Origin: Lingula anatina
Taxonomy: Eukaryota > Animalia > Brachiopoda
Direction: 5' to 3'
NCBI GenBank assembly: GCA_051362555.1
Contig: CM120648.1
Span: 659,721 to 723,720 of the forward strand
DNA length: 64,000 nucleotides
Positions 37,901 to 49,748 of this stretch are shown here, in pieces. The stretch's first letter is position 1. Every line of letters begins with the position of its first letter. The notes under the pieces were generated by a model. It was not told the DNA's origin, made no database searches, and saw only the letters and a program-made list of their open reading frames with translations. A program made the translations under genes and the position numbers.

Positions 37901-40900
37901 TATAGTATATACAAACTTATAACTATAATCTTTAACGACTGGTGTTAAGATATACATGTATATTTCGCGGGACAGAATGAAAGCAAGTCAGATTTAAAAG
38001 TGACCCAGGCCAAATTAAAATCCAAAAGACATTGTTGTACAAGAAAGAAACACGCTTTTCAATATTGAGAAATGTAACAGATTGTCTCCGATACTTACTT
38101 ATGATACTAAACGACCCGGTCATCACGTATCGTCCCCCGTTAGCTATGGTCAGGCGAGCGTTGCTGCTATACCACGTGAGATAGCTGTCCAGAAAACTGG
38201 ACGCTCGGACGTTATAACGAACTCCGTCATTACCATTTCCGCTTCTGTCTGCTCCGAGCGTGTTTTTGTGAAGAGGCCAAAACCCCAGAAGGCTTGCAGT
38301 TGTACCTGCAATATAACAGGAGAACATTTGCAAACGTGCAAAATGTGTGGTCTACGGCCAAAAAATGGGGAAAACGTGGATGTTCGTACATTCGGTTGGG
38401 ACCTAGGCTTCAATTTTCGAGACACGGCCGTGCGTCTTGAGTCCTATACCTCGTATATTCTCCGTGCGTAGGGGTCACGCACGTGCGACGCGCGGTGCTT
38501 TCGACTTTGCTCGTTCCTCGCTGTTCGCAGATTATTCGTAGAATCTTTTGGACATGTCCAACATCCTGCGAACTCCAAATTTGGCAAAAGAGACTTGCGT
38601 TGCACGTGAGATTCTGCGCAAAATGTGGACACAAACAGGCCGTAAGAGCCCGTACGGCCGGTTGTGACCGAGGCTTTAAATAACATATCAATTCAGACTA
38701 AGACCCTCTTAGGAAAATTTCTAACCCCACATTGCACTTTCAGGACATTTCTCTGCAGCCCGCTTACAATGTACCATTTTTTTCCCTTTGATTTCCAGGT
38801 TTGTTGCCGTTTTGTAGGTAAGAGTCTTCCTTTTTTTTTTTTTTTCTTTTTTTGTAGTCGTAGCAACATTTTTGTAGTTTTGAAGGACTTGCATTAGGCA
38901 AGGCTCAAATTTAGTTTATTTGTTTATTTACTTACAATTCCAATCCCAGCATCAAGTTGCTAGGATCTTCGACAAGCGGACTTAGTCATGGCGCCTTAAT
39001 AGCTGGGTCATGTTTTTACTCCAGTAAAACAAAGTGCTTTCTGTTTGTTTACGAGACCCTTCGGGCCACTGGACATATTTACGTGTGGCTCATGTTATGT
39101 TTTTAGTCATTATGTTTTAACGATCTATACCTACGCATACACGTGTACCAGGTATAGCTGGAGGGCAGCGTCTGAGCGACAAACACAGATGTACTAGCTT
39201 CTTTTTGCCCCTAATTTTTCACAGCGTCGCTGCCCTTAATACCACTTTTTTCTCTCTTTTTTTGGGGGGTACGGAGTATAAAGATAAAAAAAACTTCTCC
39301 TTCATTAACAACACAAAAAAGACCACAACAAAAAGACCACAAAGGACAGCACATTTTGCAAACCTTCAAATGTGAATTTTCGCACTCAAATGTATGCATT
39401 TAAGAAACATTTCCCCAGCACCAGGCGTTTGACAACAGGCATGCTTATATGGATTAAGAAGGCACCTGGTTATGCAAGCTGTACTTATTTTCTAGCTACA
39501 GTTTGTAAGCATGCGTGTCACTGTCCGGGACACCATAAAAAGTCTAGCAGTGACACTTGACAGAAAGACAGATAATTATGGTTTTTAAATCTTATGTAAA
39601 CTCTCCCTTTACAGCCTTATAACCTTAGATTATTCATTTTCGGAGTACATGTAGCAAGGACAAAAATAAGAGTAATATTTTAGTTGTAGGGTGTAGTGTC
39701 ACACAATTATGTTTTAAGAGCTACAGCAGTGACAAACAGTAGAATTCGAAAGGAGCAATTTTCTTTTACAATCTTACTCTGCTTTTGATTCCAACTGAAA
39801 CAAACATACATTTCTATAAAGTCATTCAGTTCAGAACATCCATCATCAAGTATCTTTAGTCTTCATACATTATTTTGACAGCGTACGACGCTTAAATAGA
39901 ACCTGCAATAATTACCATTTGGCTAAATGGTTTTCTATCATGGTCATACTATCCATGTATTCAAATATATACTGACAGTACAGTCAGCGAAAACGCATCA
40001 GAAAACTTTCTTGTATTTTTTACCGAGAATCGATTCCAACCATTTAAACGAATACAAATGTACTTGTTTGGTCATAAGGGAGTGGGCTGACCACTCGGAT
40101 GTTTAAAATTTCTGCTTCAGTGATTTTGTGACCAGTTGTTACAAAATCATGTGTTTTTCCTGTCTCGTGATTGGTGTGAATTAATCAGGTTTAATATATG
40201 GCGATTAATTATCCAGTATGACACATGACAAAAAAGTTCAGTGATGCCACGTCTGACACTGAAAGAGTGACTGTGGGCACTGGGGATGCTGGAGGATGGG
40301 CGGAACCAAAGAGATTTGCTTACGTGACCTTGCATTTTAATGATCTTTTCTGACCTTTATTTTACCTTGAGTAACTGAATAATGGGTCATATTTCACACG
40401 TAAACTGTTATTTTCTTAATGTGCCAAAGGAACAAAAATATTACTTGATAAATAAATGATGCGTTTTCATTGACTGTCAGTATATTTCTAGGTGACTCTC
40501 TCTCGCCTTCATTGCAATTATTGAACAAAACAAAAAATGTAGTTTTATTTTCCACTTTGGATAGTAAAAGATATTTTAGAAAAAAATGATATTTTTATAA
40601 ATGCTGAAAATTCCATGACTGTGCTTTTTTAGTTTTGGCACACTGAAAAATTAATTAAATATTTAAAAAAAATGTCCAGCCGGCCTGTATGACTTCTGAC
40701 AGTGTCTGGCAGTTGTGAACTTGTCACGTGTTTTGGGATTTGATGATTATATCAAAACTGTTTCACTTAAACAACTGACATTTTCACGATTGACCAAAAA
40801 ATAAAGATGTCAAATGTCTGCGTAAAGTTCTAATTCAAAGGCTTGTGAACTGTTGAAGTCTTTGGTTTTTAAATAAGTAACTTTTTAAACACCCTATAAA

Positions 40901-41792
40901 TGTCAACAATGCATAGACGCTATTGTTTTGCAAATGTTCTGCGACATGGGTCACAATTTGACAAAAACACACCTGATGTCAGGTGGGCCAACGTGCCCCG
41001 TGAAACCAAATACTTTTTGGGGTAATTGGCAGGCTTCAAATTCATGCCATGACTATAGAGATATATTAACAGTTTATCAAGCAAACATGACAGTGATAAC
41101 GCCAAATTTTATATGAATTAACATACCTTTGAATATAATCAAACACACCAAGACCTCACAAGCAAGGGATCGCTTCACTACCATGATGCGTATGTCTTCT
41201 GCTGCCAGGTCTTCTGGTACACAGTACAGGGTCACACCGACCTCTTATACTGCGCCGGAGACACTAATGAGTCAGACGCTAATAAAACGCTTTTATGACA
41301 GCGCTGACATTTTTTAACCCTATTGATTATTTATTGAAAGGTGCCTTTAGCGGTGTAAATGATGAAGGCATTTGTAAATATTTATATCGATAATTTGAAA
41401 ACCTGTAATTAAACGTATGGATTGATTTACAAGTGAATTGTATATTTCTTGGCAAGCTATTGGTCATATGAGAGTAAGTTAGCGCGCCAAACCGGTTTTA
41501 GAACGAGCGACAAGAACTTGGCTACAGATGTGCAACGTTATTGTTTTGAAAATGTAATGCCACATGGCTAGCAATGTAACAAAAACACACCTGATGTCAG
41601 GTGGGCCAACGTGCCCCATGATACCGAATACTTTTTTTGGGGTATTTGGCAGATTTCCATGACTAGAGATATACTAACAGTTTATCAAGCAAACATGATG
41701 TGATAACGCCTAATTTTCATATGAATTAACATACCTTTGAATATAATCAAACACACCAGGATCTCACAAGCAAGGAATCGCCTTAGCCACAT
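28521..41792 (-). CDS. Secreted mosaic lectin/adhesion protein, copy B (~1236 aa); same domain order as copy A
   Basis: Exons: 41792-41735 and/or 41184-41127 (signal), 38305-38099, 37793-37632, 36979-36818, 36377-36231, 36016-35906, 35642-34911, 34655-34468, 34112-33884, 33654-33400, 33210-33085, 32801-32702, 32415-32312, 32080-31983, 31745-31589, 31394-31242, 30962-30831, 30125-29940, 29752-29564, 29379-29197, 28552-28521. All boundaries are GT/AG with lengths equal to copy A or differing by multiples of 3. Ends [14 protein letters not shown]. Confidence 0.86.
30486..30795. mobile_element. MITE with perfect 16-bp TIR flanked by TTAA; present only in arm B
   Basis: GGATGCGTTCCCAATG (30486-30501) and its reverse complement (30780-30795); TTAA on both sides; long internal inverted arms; absent from the homologous intron of A (~22190-22300). 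Confidence 0.85.
34935..35630 (-). repeat. Coding 30-bp minisatellite ([10 protein letters not shown]), ~23 units, copy B
   Basis: Direct inspection; the central units are nearly homogeneous. Confidence 0.97.
37364..37540. mobile_element. 177-bp MITE with 11-bp TIR and 5-bp target-site duplication; present only in arm B
   Basis: CAGGCCCGTAG...CTACGGGCCTG, with ATCTT on both sides (37359-37363, 37541-37545); empty site in A near 15255. Confidence 0.85.
38345..38680. mobile_element. Partial non-autonomous DNA-transposon-like insertion in intron 1 of copy B
   Basis: CpG-rich block with repeated acggccgt motifs ending ...GGTTGTGACCGAGGCTTTAA; not shared with A. Confidence 0.5.
39972..40480. mobile_element. 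~510-bp TA-flanked MITE (Tc1/mariner-type target); present only in arm B
   Basis: TA-CTGACAGT(ACAGT)CAGCGAAAACGCATCA ... TGATGCGTTTTCATTGACTGTCAG-TA; the flanks join to match A at ~13390-13410. Confidence 0.75.
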
Positions 41793-42700
41793 GATGCTTA
41801 AGTCTTCTGCTGGCAGGTCTTCTGGTACACAGTACAGGGTCACACCGACCTCTTATACTGCGCCGGAGACACTAATGAGTCAAACGCTAACAAAACGCTT
41901 TTATGACAAAGCTGACATTTTTTTAACCCTATTGATTATATATTGAAAGGTGCCTTTAGCGGTGTAAATGATAAAGGCATTTGTAAATATTTATATCGAT
42001 AAATTGAAAACCTGTAATTAAACTTATGGATTGATTTACAAGTGAATTGTATATTTTTTGGAAAGCTATTGGTCATATGAGAGTAAGTTAGCGCGCCAAA
42101 CCGGTTTTAGAACGAGCGACAAGAACTTGGCTACAGATGTGCAACGTTATTGTTTTGAAAATGTAATGCCACATGGCTAGCAATGTGACAAAAACACACG
42201 TGATGTCAGGTGGGCCAACGTGCCCCGTGATACCGAATACTTTTTTGGGGTATTTGGCAGATTTTCATGACTAGAGATATACTTACAGTTTATCAAGCAA
42301 GCATGACAGTGATAACGCCTAATTTTCATATGAATTAACATGCCTTTGAATACAATTATACAATCAAACACACCAGGATCTCACAAGCAAGGAGTCGCTT
42401 CAGCACCATGATGCTTAAGTCTTCTGCTGACAGATCTTCTGGTACACAGTACAGGGTCACACCGACCTCTTTTACTGCTACAGAGACACTAATGATTCAG
42501 ACGCTAACAAAACGCTTTATGACAGCGCTGACATTTTTTTCCCCTATTGATTATATATTGAAAGGTGCCTTTAGCGGTGTAAATGATGACGGTATTTGTA
42601 AATATTTACATCGATAATTTGAAAACCTGTAATTAAACTTATGGATTGATTTACAAGTGAATTGTATTTTTTTTTTTTTTTTGGCAAGCTATCTATTGGC
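40915..42700 (-). repeat. Tandem triplication of a ~610-bp unit, each containing the signal-peptide exon of lectin copy B
   Basis: Anchor TATTGTTTTG recurs at 40921, 41539 and 42148. A single inverted unit is present in A (~12620-13135). Confidence 0.93.
42344..42409 (-). pseudogene. Broken third copy of the signal-peptide exon
   Basis: Reads [17 protein letters not shown]. An 8-nt insertion creates an in-frame TAA, and the donor is GC rather than GT. Confidence 0.75.
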
Positions 42701-43619
42701 GTATTTTTACTGTGTGCATCGAATTGCAGGTTTGTCAAAGGATGCCTATCGAATATTCCTGTTTATGGGGTTATTATTTTATTGCCAAAAGAAACAAGCC
42801 CAGGAAATAATTGAAAAATCTGTGGCTAATTCAATCCCTCTGCTAAATAATGTAAAGTACCTATTAAAATCGTATTGTGTTATCAAAGGGGGAGACCTGG
42901 TGTGATATGTTTTATTTCATGTAAATAAATTTGTTCTTGAAGAGGATTTGTAAAAGTATCTATGGCTGCAGTGTCTGAACTTAACGTAAGGGACACAGGG
43001 TTAAAAACAAGCTTGAAATCCAGCGAGTGAAAAAAGAGACATTTAAGGCTCGACATAATTATTTCCAATTAAATCAATTGTGTAAATGTTTTTGACAATT
43101 ACATTAAGTGATGCAAAATGCTAAGTGATCTTATTTCCAACGCAGAAAAATGTCATTTAAGTTGCAAAAAATCAATTCCAAAATATCCATAACTGATCAA
43201 TGTACGATGTGCAAAAATAAATCTAATTGTCTTACTAGCGTCAGCAAGATGGGAGAAAAAAAGGTTTAATGTAGAAATGACAGTTGCTGCAAATTGATTT
43301 TCAATACGGTCGAAACTGTCAACAACATCAATACCATAGACCTTGGAAATGTCACGGAAAGTACATAAGCACCGGATCATCCAATAATATTAATCGTTAA
43401 GATACTTACAGTGAAAACTACTTATATTTGGCATTTGTTTTAACATCGTTTCCATGTTCAAGATTTCACAGTCAGAGGTGACATTGTAAAGATTTCTTAC
43501 AGGCACTGTCATATGTATGTGTGTGTGTGTGTGTGTGTGTGTGATAAAAAGAAGTAAAAACAGCAGTTATTTTACCCCGACCATATATATATTAATTACT
43601 GTTCATTACATAAGCTGTG

Positions 43620-43705
43620 AGTTTGACATATCTCTGAAATATTTCGTTATCATGTTTTATACTGAGGGAGGAGGCTAGTTCTGAATAGCCTGCCAATGCC
43701 GGATT
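43620..43705 (-). promoter_or_regulatory. Candidate core promoter of lectin copy B (inverted CCAAT plus TATAAAA)
   Basis: Homologue of 11757-11845; TATAAAA on the minus strand at 43655-43661. Confidence 0.45.
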
Positions 43706-44381
43706 CCAGCCTGTACTGTACATATAACAGATTTCTCCAGTATTTTGTACGTTCCACCCCTACCCCTTGCCCTTAGCAATATGTTCGATCTGCAAGTGCC
43801 TGTCCCTAATTATGGCAACGCTTTTACCACCCAACCACTTTCAGCTCATCGGGGCAATGACGATGTCTTCCCTTTCCATATCAATTTTCATCTTCATCTC
43901 CTTATTTTACCATACACGTATCTTCTCAAAAATGCCAAAATGACTACTGTATCATTATCTATCGGATCCGTAACTTAGGCCTAGGCTAGAAAATATAACA
44001 GAAAATGATCTAGCTAGATGGAAGAGAGCAAAAATAAGGGAGAAAAAGAACAAGGTATACACTGTATCTGTATCCCCTTACACACTGCGCGTGTGGAAGC
44101 AAGAATACATATTTTGAAGACTTATCTTTTTATGTATATTTTTATTTATATATTTTTATTTATTTGTGTTTTATAACTTTAGATATTCATCAACTCCGAC
44201 GTGTCCTGTTTCAAACGGAACAACCCGGAAATAAACTTTAAAACACTCCCCTGTAATTTGCGTATGTTTAATTCAGGGACACGGACACGGAAATATACAC
44301 GTATATAAGAGAGGCGTCTTTTAGCTTCTTTTAAATCAACGAAAACAGAGGAGATTATTGAAGTAGGCTATACAACACACG

Positions 44382-44711
44382 ATGAAGACACTGGTCGCTA
44401 TCGCCGTTGTCGTGGTAAGTAAACTGGCTATTGTAACTTGTAATCTGATTAAATTATGTCTGTTTAATACCTTACAGCATAAGTTTTGTTCGGTTAAATG
44501 TCGTGTTGAAACTTATAAAATCTCTGGTTTTGTTTTGCAGTGCACTGCTTCATGTTACTGTATAAACATACGATATCGCACTGCATGTAGGCCTATAGTA
44601 TTATATATTAGTAGCCTACTACGTGCAGTAGTTCATGTATAGGGGTATATTAGTATACTATACAGTCACAGAAGGCACCATGGCAATATATACCCTTTCT
44701 CTCACTCCTAG

Positions 44712-44748
<37 letters not shown>

Positions 44749-44814
44749 CCCCCACCTCTCTTAGCTTCTCTCTCTCTGTACGTGTCTGTCTGTATGTGTA
44801 TTCGTGAGTGTATA

Positions 44815-44847
<33 letters not shown>

Positions 44848-45033
44848 GAGGGTGGGGGGACCACACCACCATACGATATCTGCGCTGTTATATTCTCGCT
44901 GAATGAATAAGTCATTGGATAGTATACCCTTGAGAGCTCGGCAAATTCAGTAGGTTACTATACAAAATATGATAATTTCAGACGCTCTTCCCAGTTTCAT
45001 TCTCAGCTCGTCTTAAACCAGATATACCGGTAA

Positions 45034-45087
<54 letters not shown>

Positions 45088-46532
45088 TATACCATAAAAA
45101 TAAAATCGAAATGAATATCCAGTATGAGCATTTTAGAGGAGCGATCGTTCCCTATAGGCCCTCCCAATATGCCCTTCTTAGTGCGGTACTGTAACAGTGA
45201 GTGATTTACAATTTAAATTAAAGTGTCACTGCACCTACATGTATCCATGTTGAAATATAACAACATTAGCATATTATTTATCTCGAAGTGCACCTTTTCT
45301 TGACAAATATTCTGCTAAGCACGATAATGATCATTTACCGGCCCCTCCGCCAATCTCACATCCGGGATCTGCCTTTAAGGTATTCATCCGCATATTGTTT
45401 ACAGCGATCCTTGAACTCGATCTCTTACCGATATCTTTCTGAATGTAAACACTGTAACATTTTTAGAGTAAAGAGTGCAGGTCGTCATCAGAGTGCGGAA
45501 GGAACAGTTGTTGTCGGGATGAGAGCGGGGCGGTGGTAGGTCGGTTGCACTCGGGAAGTTTCGGCGATCTTCTCCTGGGCGGAGGTAAGTACAGTAGGTT
45601 GACAATGATAGCGTGAAGAAAATCAATTCAAGAACACGCAGCAGCAGTACTTTTCAACAAAATATCAAATAACGTATATAGGTATACTTTTGAAAATGAA
45701 ATCCCTTAATGGGAAACAAAATTAATGAGTTTTCACATGGAATACACAGTACTTTCTGTGTGTGATTAACAAATAATCCTATATATTCATTAAAAATGTT
45801 TTCTTTCTTGGGAAAGGAGATTCGAACTGTGGCATTTGTGACATTTAGTTTAATTTTTCAGCAGATGTCAATTTTAGAAACAAAAAAATTATTAACCCAA
45901 TCGAATTTTTTAGGTCTGGGGTCTGCAGGGTATGGTTTGTGCTCAAATGTGCTCCAACAGAAGGGCGAAGTATGTGGCCCATCCACATGTAGCTGTGGCG
46001 AAGGTATTTTGTTTACTCAAAATATTCTGTTATATGCATTATATTTTTATACAAATTGATCCTAATCTTGCGATGATATCCATATTTTTTTAATGACGCA
46101 TAATAGCTCACCAGAAAATCATCACGTACTGAAAAACGGTAACTTGGGATGGGGGGGGGGGGGGGGGGGCGGGAGGGGTAAATCGCTTAAAACAGTAAAT
46201 GGTACAAAAGACACATTAATGATACATGTACCATATTAATAAGATCAGTAAAAAGATTAATTGGAAAGAGAGTTGTTATTCACTTATAATGTTTAAGGTT
46301 ATATGTTGTGAAAGTCTAATGAATACCAAAACAAGTATATCGCCATGTTAATGTCTGATTTGTTATGAAATCTAATAAAACTTGTATATTTTTTTCAGGT
46401 CTGGAGTGCTACCGGCCTATGTCCGGGGTTTGTTGCCTTCCCCACAGATGTTACGATGCTGAGTGGGTTGCAGAAAGACGAGAATATTGGAGAAATTGTT
46501 TTTCTAATCCAGATTGTCATTTACCTGCATAA
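44382..46532 (+). CDS. Small secreted cysteine-rich protein (140 aa, 14 Cys), prokineticin/astakine/colipase-fold-like
   Basis: Exons 44382-44414, 44982-45029, 45467-45584, 45914-46003, 46399-46532 (423 nt) give MKTLVAIAVVVTLFPVSFSARLKPDIPSKECRSSSECGRNSCCRDESGAVVGRLHSGSFGDLLLGGGLGSAGYGLCSNVLQQKGEVCGPSTCSCGEGLECYRPMSGVCCLPHRCYDAEWVAERREYWRNCFSNPDCHLPA*. TATATAA at ~44303; AATAAA at 46678-46683. The family call rests on Cys spacing only. Confidence 0.85.
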
Positions 46533-47764
46533 ACGCTACCAATAATCATGGACGTTGTTTTGAAAGTGGCTTCTCCCATACATGTTATAATTACGATAAA
46601 ATGGCATAAAATGTGTAATTTTCAGAAACCTTTGTTTTCATTAAAACGACACTATTCAGTGGTAATATCATCTTGACAATAAATTAAACCATAAGATGTT
46701 TCAGGATGTTAATTTATTTTAGGAAAATGCAGAGGCAAATATGTTTGATAGGAAAACAAGTTTCTGAAAAAGTTTCTATTGTTCGGTTTAAATAAAAAAT
46801 CGTTTTATGATAACTTTGTTGCTTTTAGGGCTCAAATTTGCACGTGTTAAATGTCTTCAATGATGAAAAATTATAATTGAAGGACGCCGACACGATGACT
46901 TAAAAAGACGTGTTTATTTGCTGCTAAAGCATGCAATGATTTTTCTCTATAAAGTAAAAGATATGTACGTCGCAGACGTAAAACGGACACTTAAATGCTA
47001 CAATAAAATGCTATTCACAAAATTAAAACAATAATATTTACGTTACACAATTTCATAACAATTTTCTACAATAAAAAGTACGTATAATTCAGCAATTTAA
47101 AAATATGACACACTGGTAACAATGAGTTGACAGTTTACGTGCTCTTGACGTTAAAAACAGAATTAAAATCACCACTGTATTCACAGTAACAATGGCGGAT
47201 AAGCGGGGTGCATGCACAGCGGGCACATGCAGACCTCCATTAGCTCCATTAACAAGGTACTCCCTTTTCGACGCTCCCCCCCCCCTTACAAAAAAACGAT
47301 ATAATGAGCGACATGAAACAAACTCAAAATTTTTTAAACCAATGCCCTGCATATGTTTTAGTTTAATCGCCCTCGTCTGCTCTTTTACATTTGCTGAGCG
47401 ATGCAAAACAAAACATTTTTCCTTACACCTATCCCTCTGGCAATATCCTAGATCCGCCAATACAGCAGTAATATGGGCACTGACAGATCATGTCTCAAGC
47501 ATCTCCCGTCGATGTACTGCGTATATGAAAAATCAAGTCTCTTTTCTCTTTGGAGAGAACACATTTCTACTTTGCGTATAAAATAGCAATATATATTTGT
47601 CAATTATCCTAATCATTAAGAAGGATGCAGTATGTATTAAAGAAATATTTTTCAGTCTTTCTCTAATGAAATAAAAAGTAGATGCTTAGTGATTATAAGA
47701 AGCCGTTACACTGTCATTATGCGGCTCAGGTAGAGGTGGTGGTATAATTACTGACACTATTTGT

Positions 47765-47990
47765 CTAACACCCCATTTCCATAGATTAGATCGACCTACT
47801 TTAGATCGACCTAACTCCCTGGGGGTTCACGTTAAATAGCTGTCAGCCGGGCGGACACGAAAGTTAATTACCCTCTTACAGCTTGTAGTAGGCGGGACGG
47901 ACATTTAAGTCGGATTATCTGAAAGTAATCTAGTGAGACTCCCCGCGGGGATAGATCGATCTAAAATCTATGGGAATAGAGCCTATGATT
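47765..47990. mobile_element. Palindromic MITE (AGATCGATC family) in the probable 3' UTR of the TNFR gene
   Basis: Inverted arms ccatagattagatcgacc...ctccctgggg / ctccccgcggggatagatcgatctaaaatctatgg; shares gtaggcg..gacatttaag with the 8200-8462 copy. Confidence 0.7.
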
Positions 47991-48538
47991 TTGGTCCCTT
48001 TTCTGTGCCTCTTCAGCGCCCCCCCCCCCCCCCCCCCCCCCCCCACCACCACCACCACCATGTCCGTCGTCACTGCCACAAATTCTGTCCGTCTGGGGTT
48101 ACTTTCAAGGTTATGTTCAACGTGATATAAAGCAAATAAAGCAGCAAGTGTTGTCATAACGGCAGTTTTATGAACAGCTTATGGACGGCTTCTGTCAAGG
48201 GGTTCTGCTTCGCTTGCATAGTTATCATGACTAACAGATGGCAGTTTAGGGATTTTGCCATGGAAACGTAGCTTTAAGCTTACCAACTTTGGGTTCAGTG
48301 TTTGAAAGATTGTCGCACTCTCACATGTTGACGTCACGTAGACATCCTACGTCATTACTGGCGCCGTGGACGTACTAGTTTGTGACGTCATATTGAGTTT
48401 GGTCTAGTGTTGCTTCAGTAACATGAGAACGACGTGCTTTGCACTCGCATATAAAGCACATTCGAATCAGATCTCGCGTGAGACGCTCCAGTTTCAGAAT
48501 GATCCCAGTGCCACGTGTGACCCTGGTCACGTGACAAG

Positions 48539-49717
48539 TCAAGCCTTGCTGTAATGGTGAGGCGGTGGCAGGCGATAGTGGGAACCGGAGTCAATCACTT
48601 GAATTCCCCGACGCAATTCCAAGGCCTGCAGTATCCTGTCTAACGTGCTCGGCGCGTGCTCATGGCGGTAATAGCCGAGCTCCTGGGCCAAGTAATCCAC
48701 CTTTCCATCTATGTCATCTAGCCTCGATCCCGGATACGTCAACACTCCGGGCTTGAAAAAACTCGACTTTTTCACTGGTCGACATTTGGTTAATACTCCG
48801 CATAAAAAGAGAAGAATGATGATACATAACCCGATTTCAACCCCGTGGAACACATAGAAGAGGACCCCATATTTCGGTTGAAATTCAGCACCTGTGAAAA
48901 TAAATAATGAGTGTTACAAAACATTGCTAAGATACATGTAAATACTGCTTGTTACTACATTTACGAGAAGTAGCCTAGATGAATACTTTCTCGTATGAAA
49001 GGAAATAAGCTCATCCAGTGAAGAGATAATTCCAATTGTAATATGCATATACCGGTATCTACAGGGAATATGGCTTGAGTCACGTCCCCACCCCTTAGCT
49101 TCAGAAAGATCCCATTTACTAACTTCCCTCACAATAAAAAGTATAGGGTGTACATGTAACAAAAAAAAAAAATACAAATTAACACATACAATACAACATG
49201 TAAACTAATATCATGTTCAAACAAAGAGCCGTTACCTGTATTTTGCAATGCCCTAGGCGGCGCCACGCTGGCTTTCACTGTGGTTGAGGAGCTGACGGCT
49301 GGTTTACTGGTTGTGGTTGTGGTTGTCTTGGTTGATGGCGTGAACTGCCGGGTGGGGGCGCCTCGTCTGGTTGTGGGAGGTGTCGACGTAACAGGTGGCG
49401 CTGTGACAAAAATGGGATATACTGTTATGGGTAACATAGGACAACAGAAATCTCAATTATAATTTTTAATTAAGTCGATATCCAAAAAAAAAAAAAAAAA
49501 AAAAAGCAACAGTGACACAAATAAGGTGTGATCAACTATACGTGCGGCGCGTACATGACTGTACACTGACCTGTTGTTGGCGGTGATTTCTGGCAGTAAA
49601 TGATGCCGTTTCTCCACCGATACTGATAACCAGGACCACACTTACACCTTAAGTTTGCTGTGCTGGTGCAAGGCACGCTCACAATCCAGCCCTCTCCTCG
49701 ACACTCTGGGGAAAAAG

Positions 49718-49748
<31 letters not shown>

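Larger units (their letters stand above)
28520..43705 (-). repeat. Right arm of the inverted segmental duplication
   Basis: Reverse complement of ~11757-24073; longer because of mucin expansion, the 610-bp triplication and MITE insertions. Confidence 0.95.

Noticed and set aside
41129-42617. Repeated plus-strand ORFs MNIIKHT...[11 protein letters not shown]
   Set aside because: Antisense to the triplicated signal-peptide exon; starts and stops are not conserved between units.
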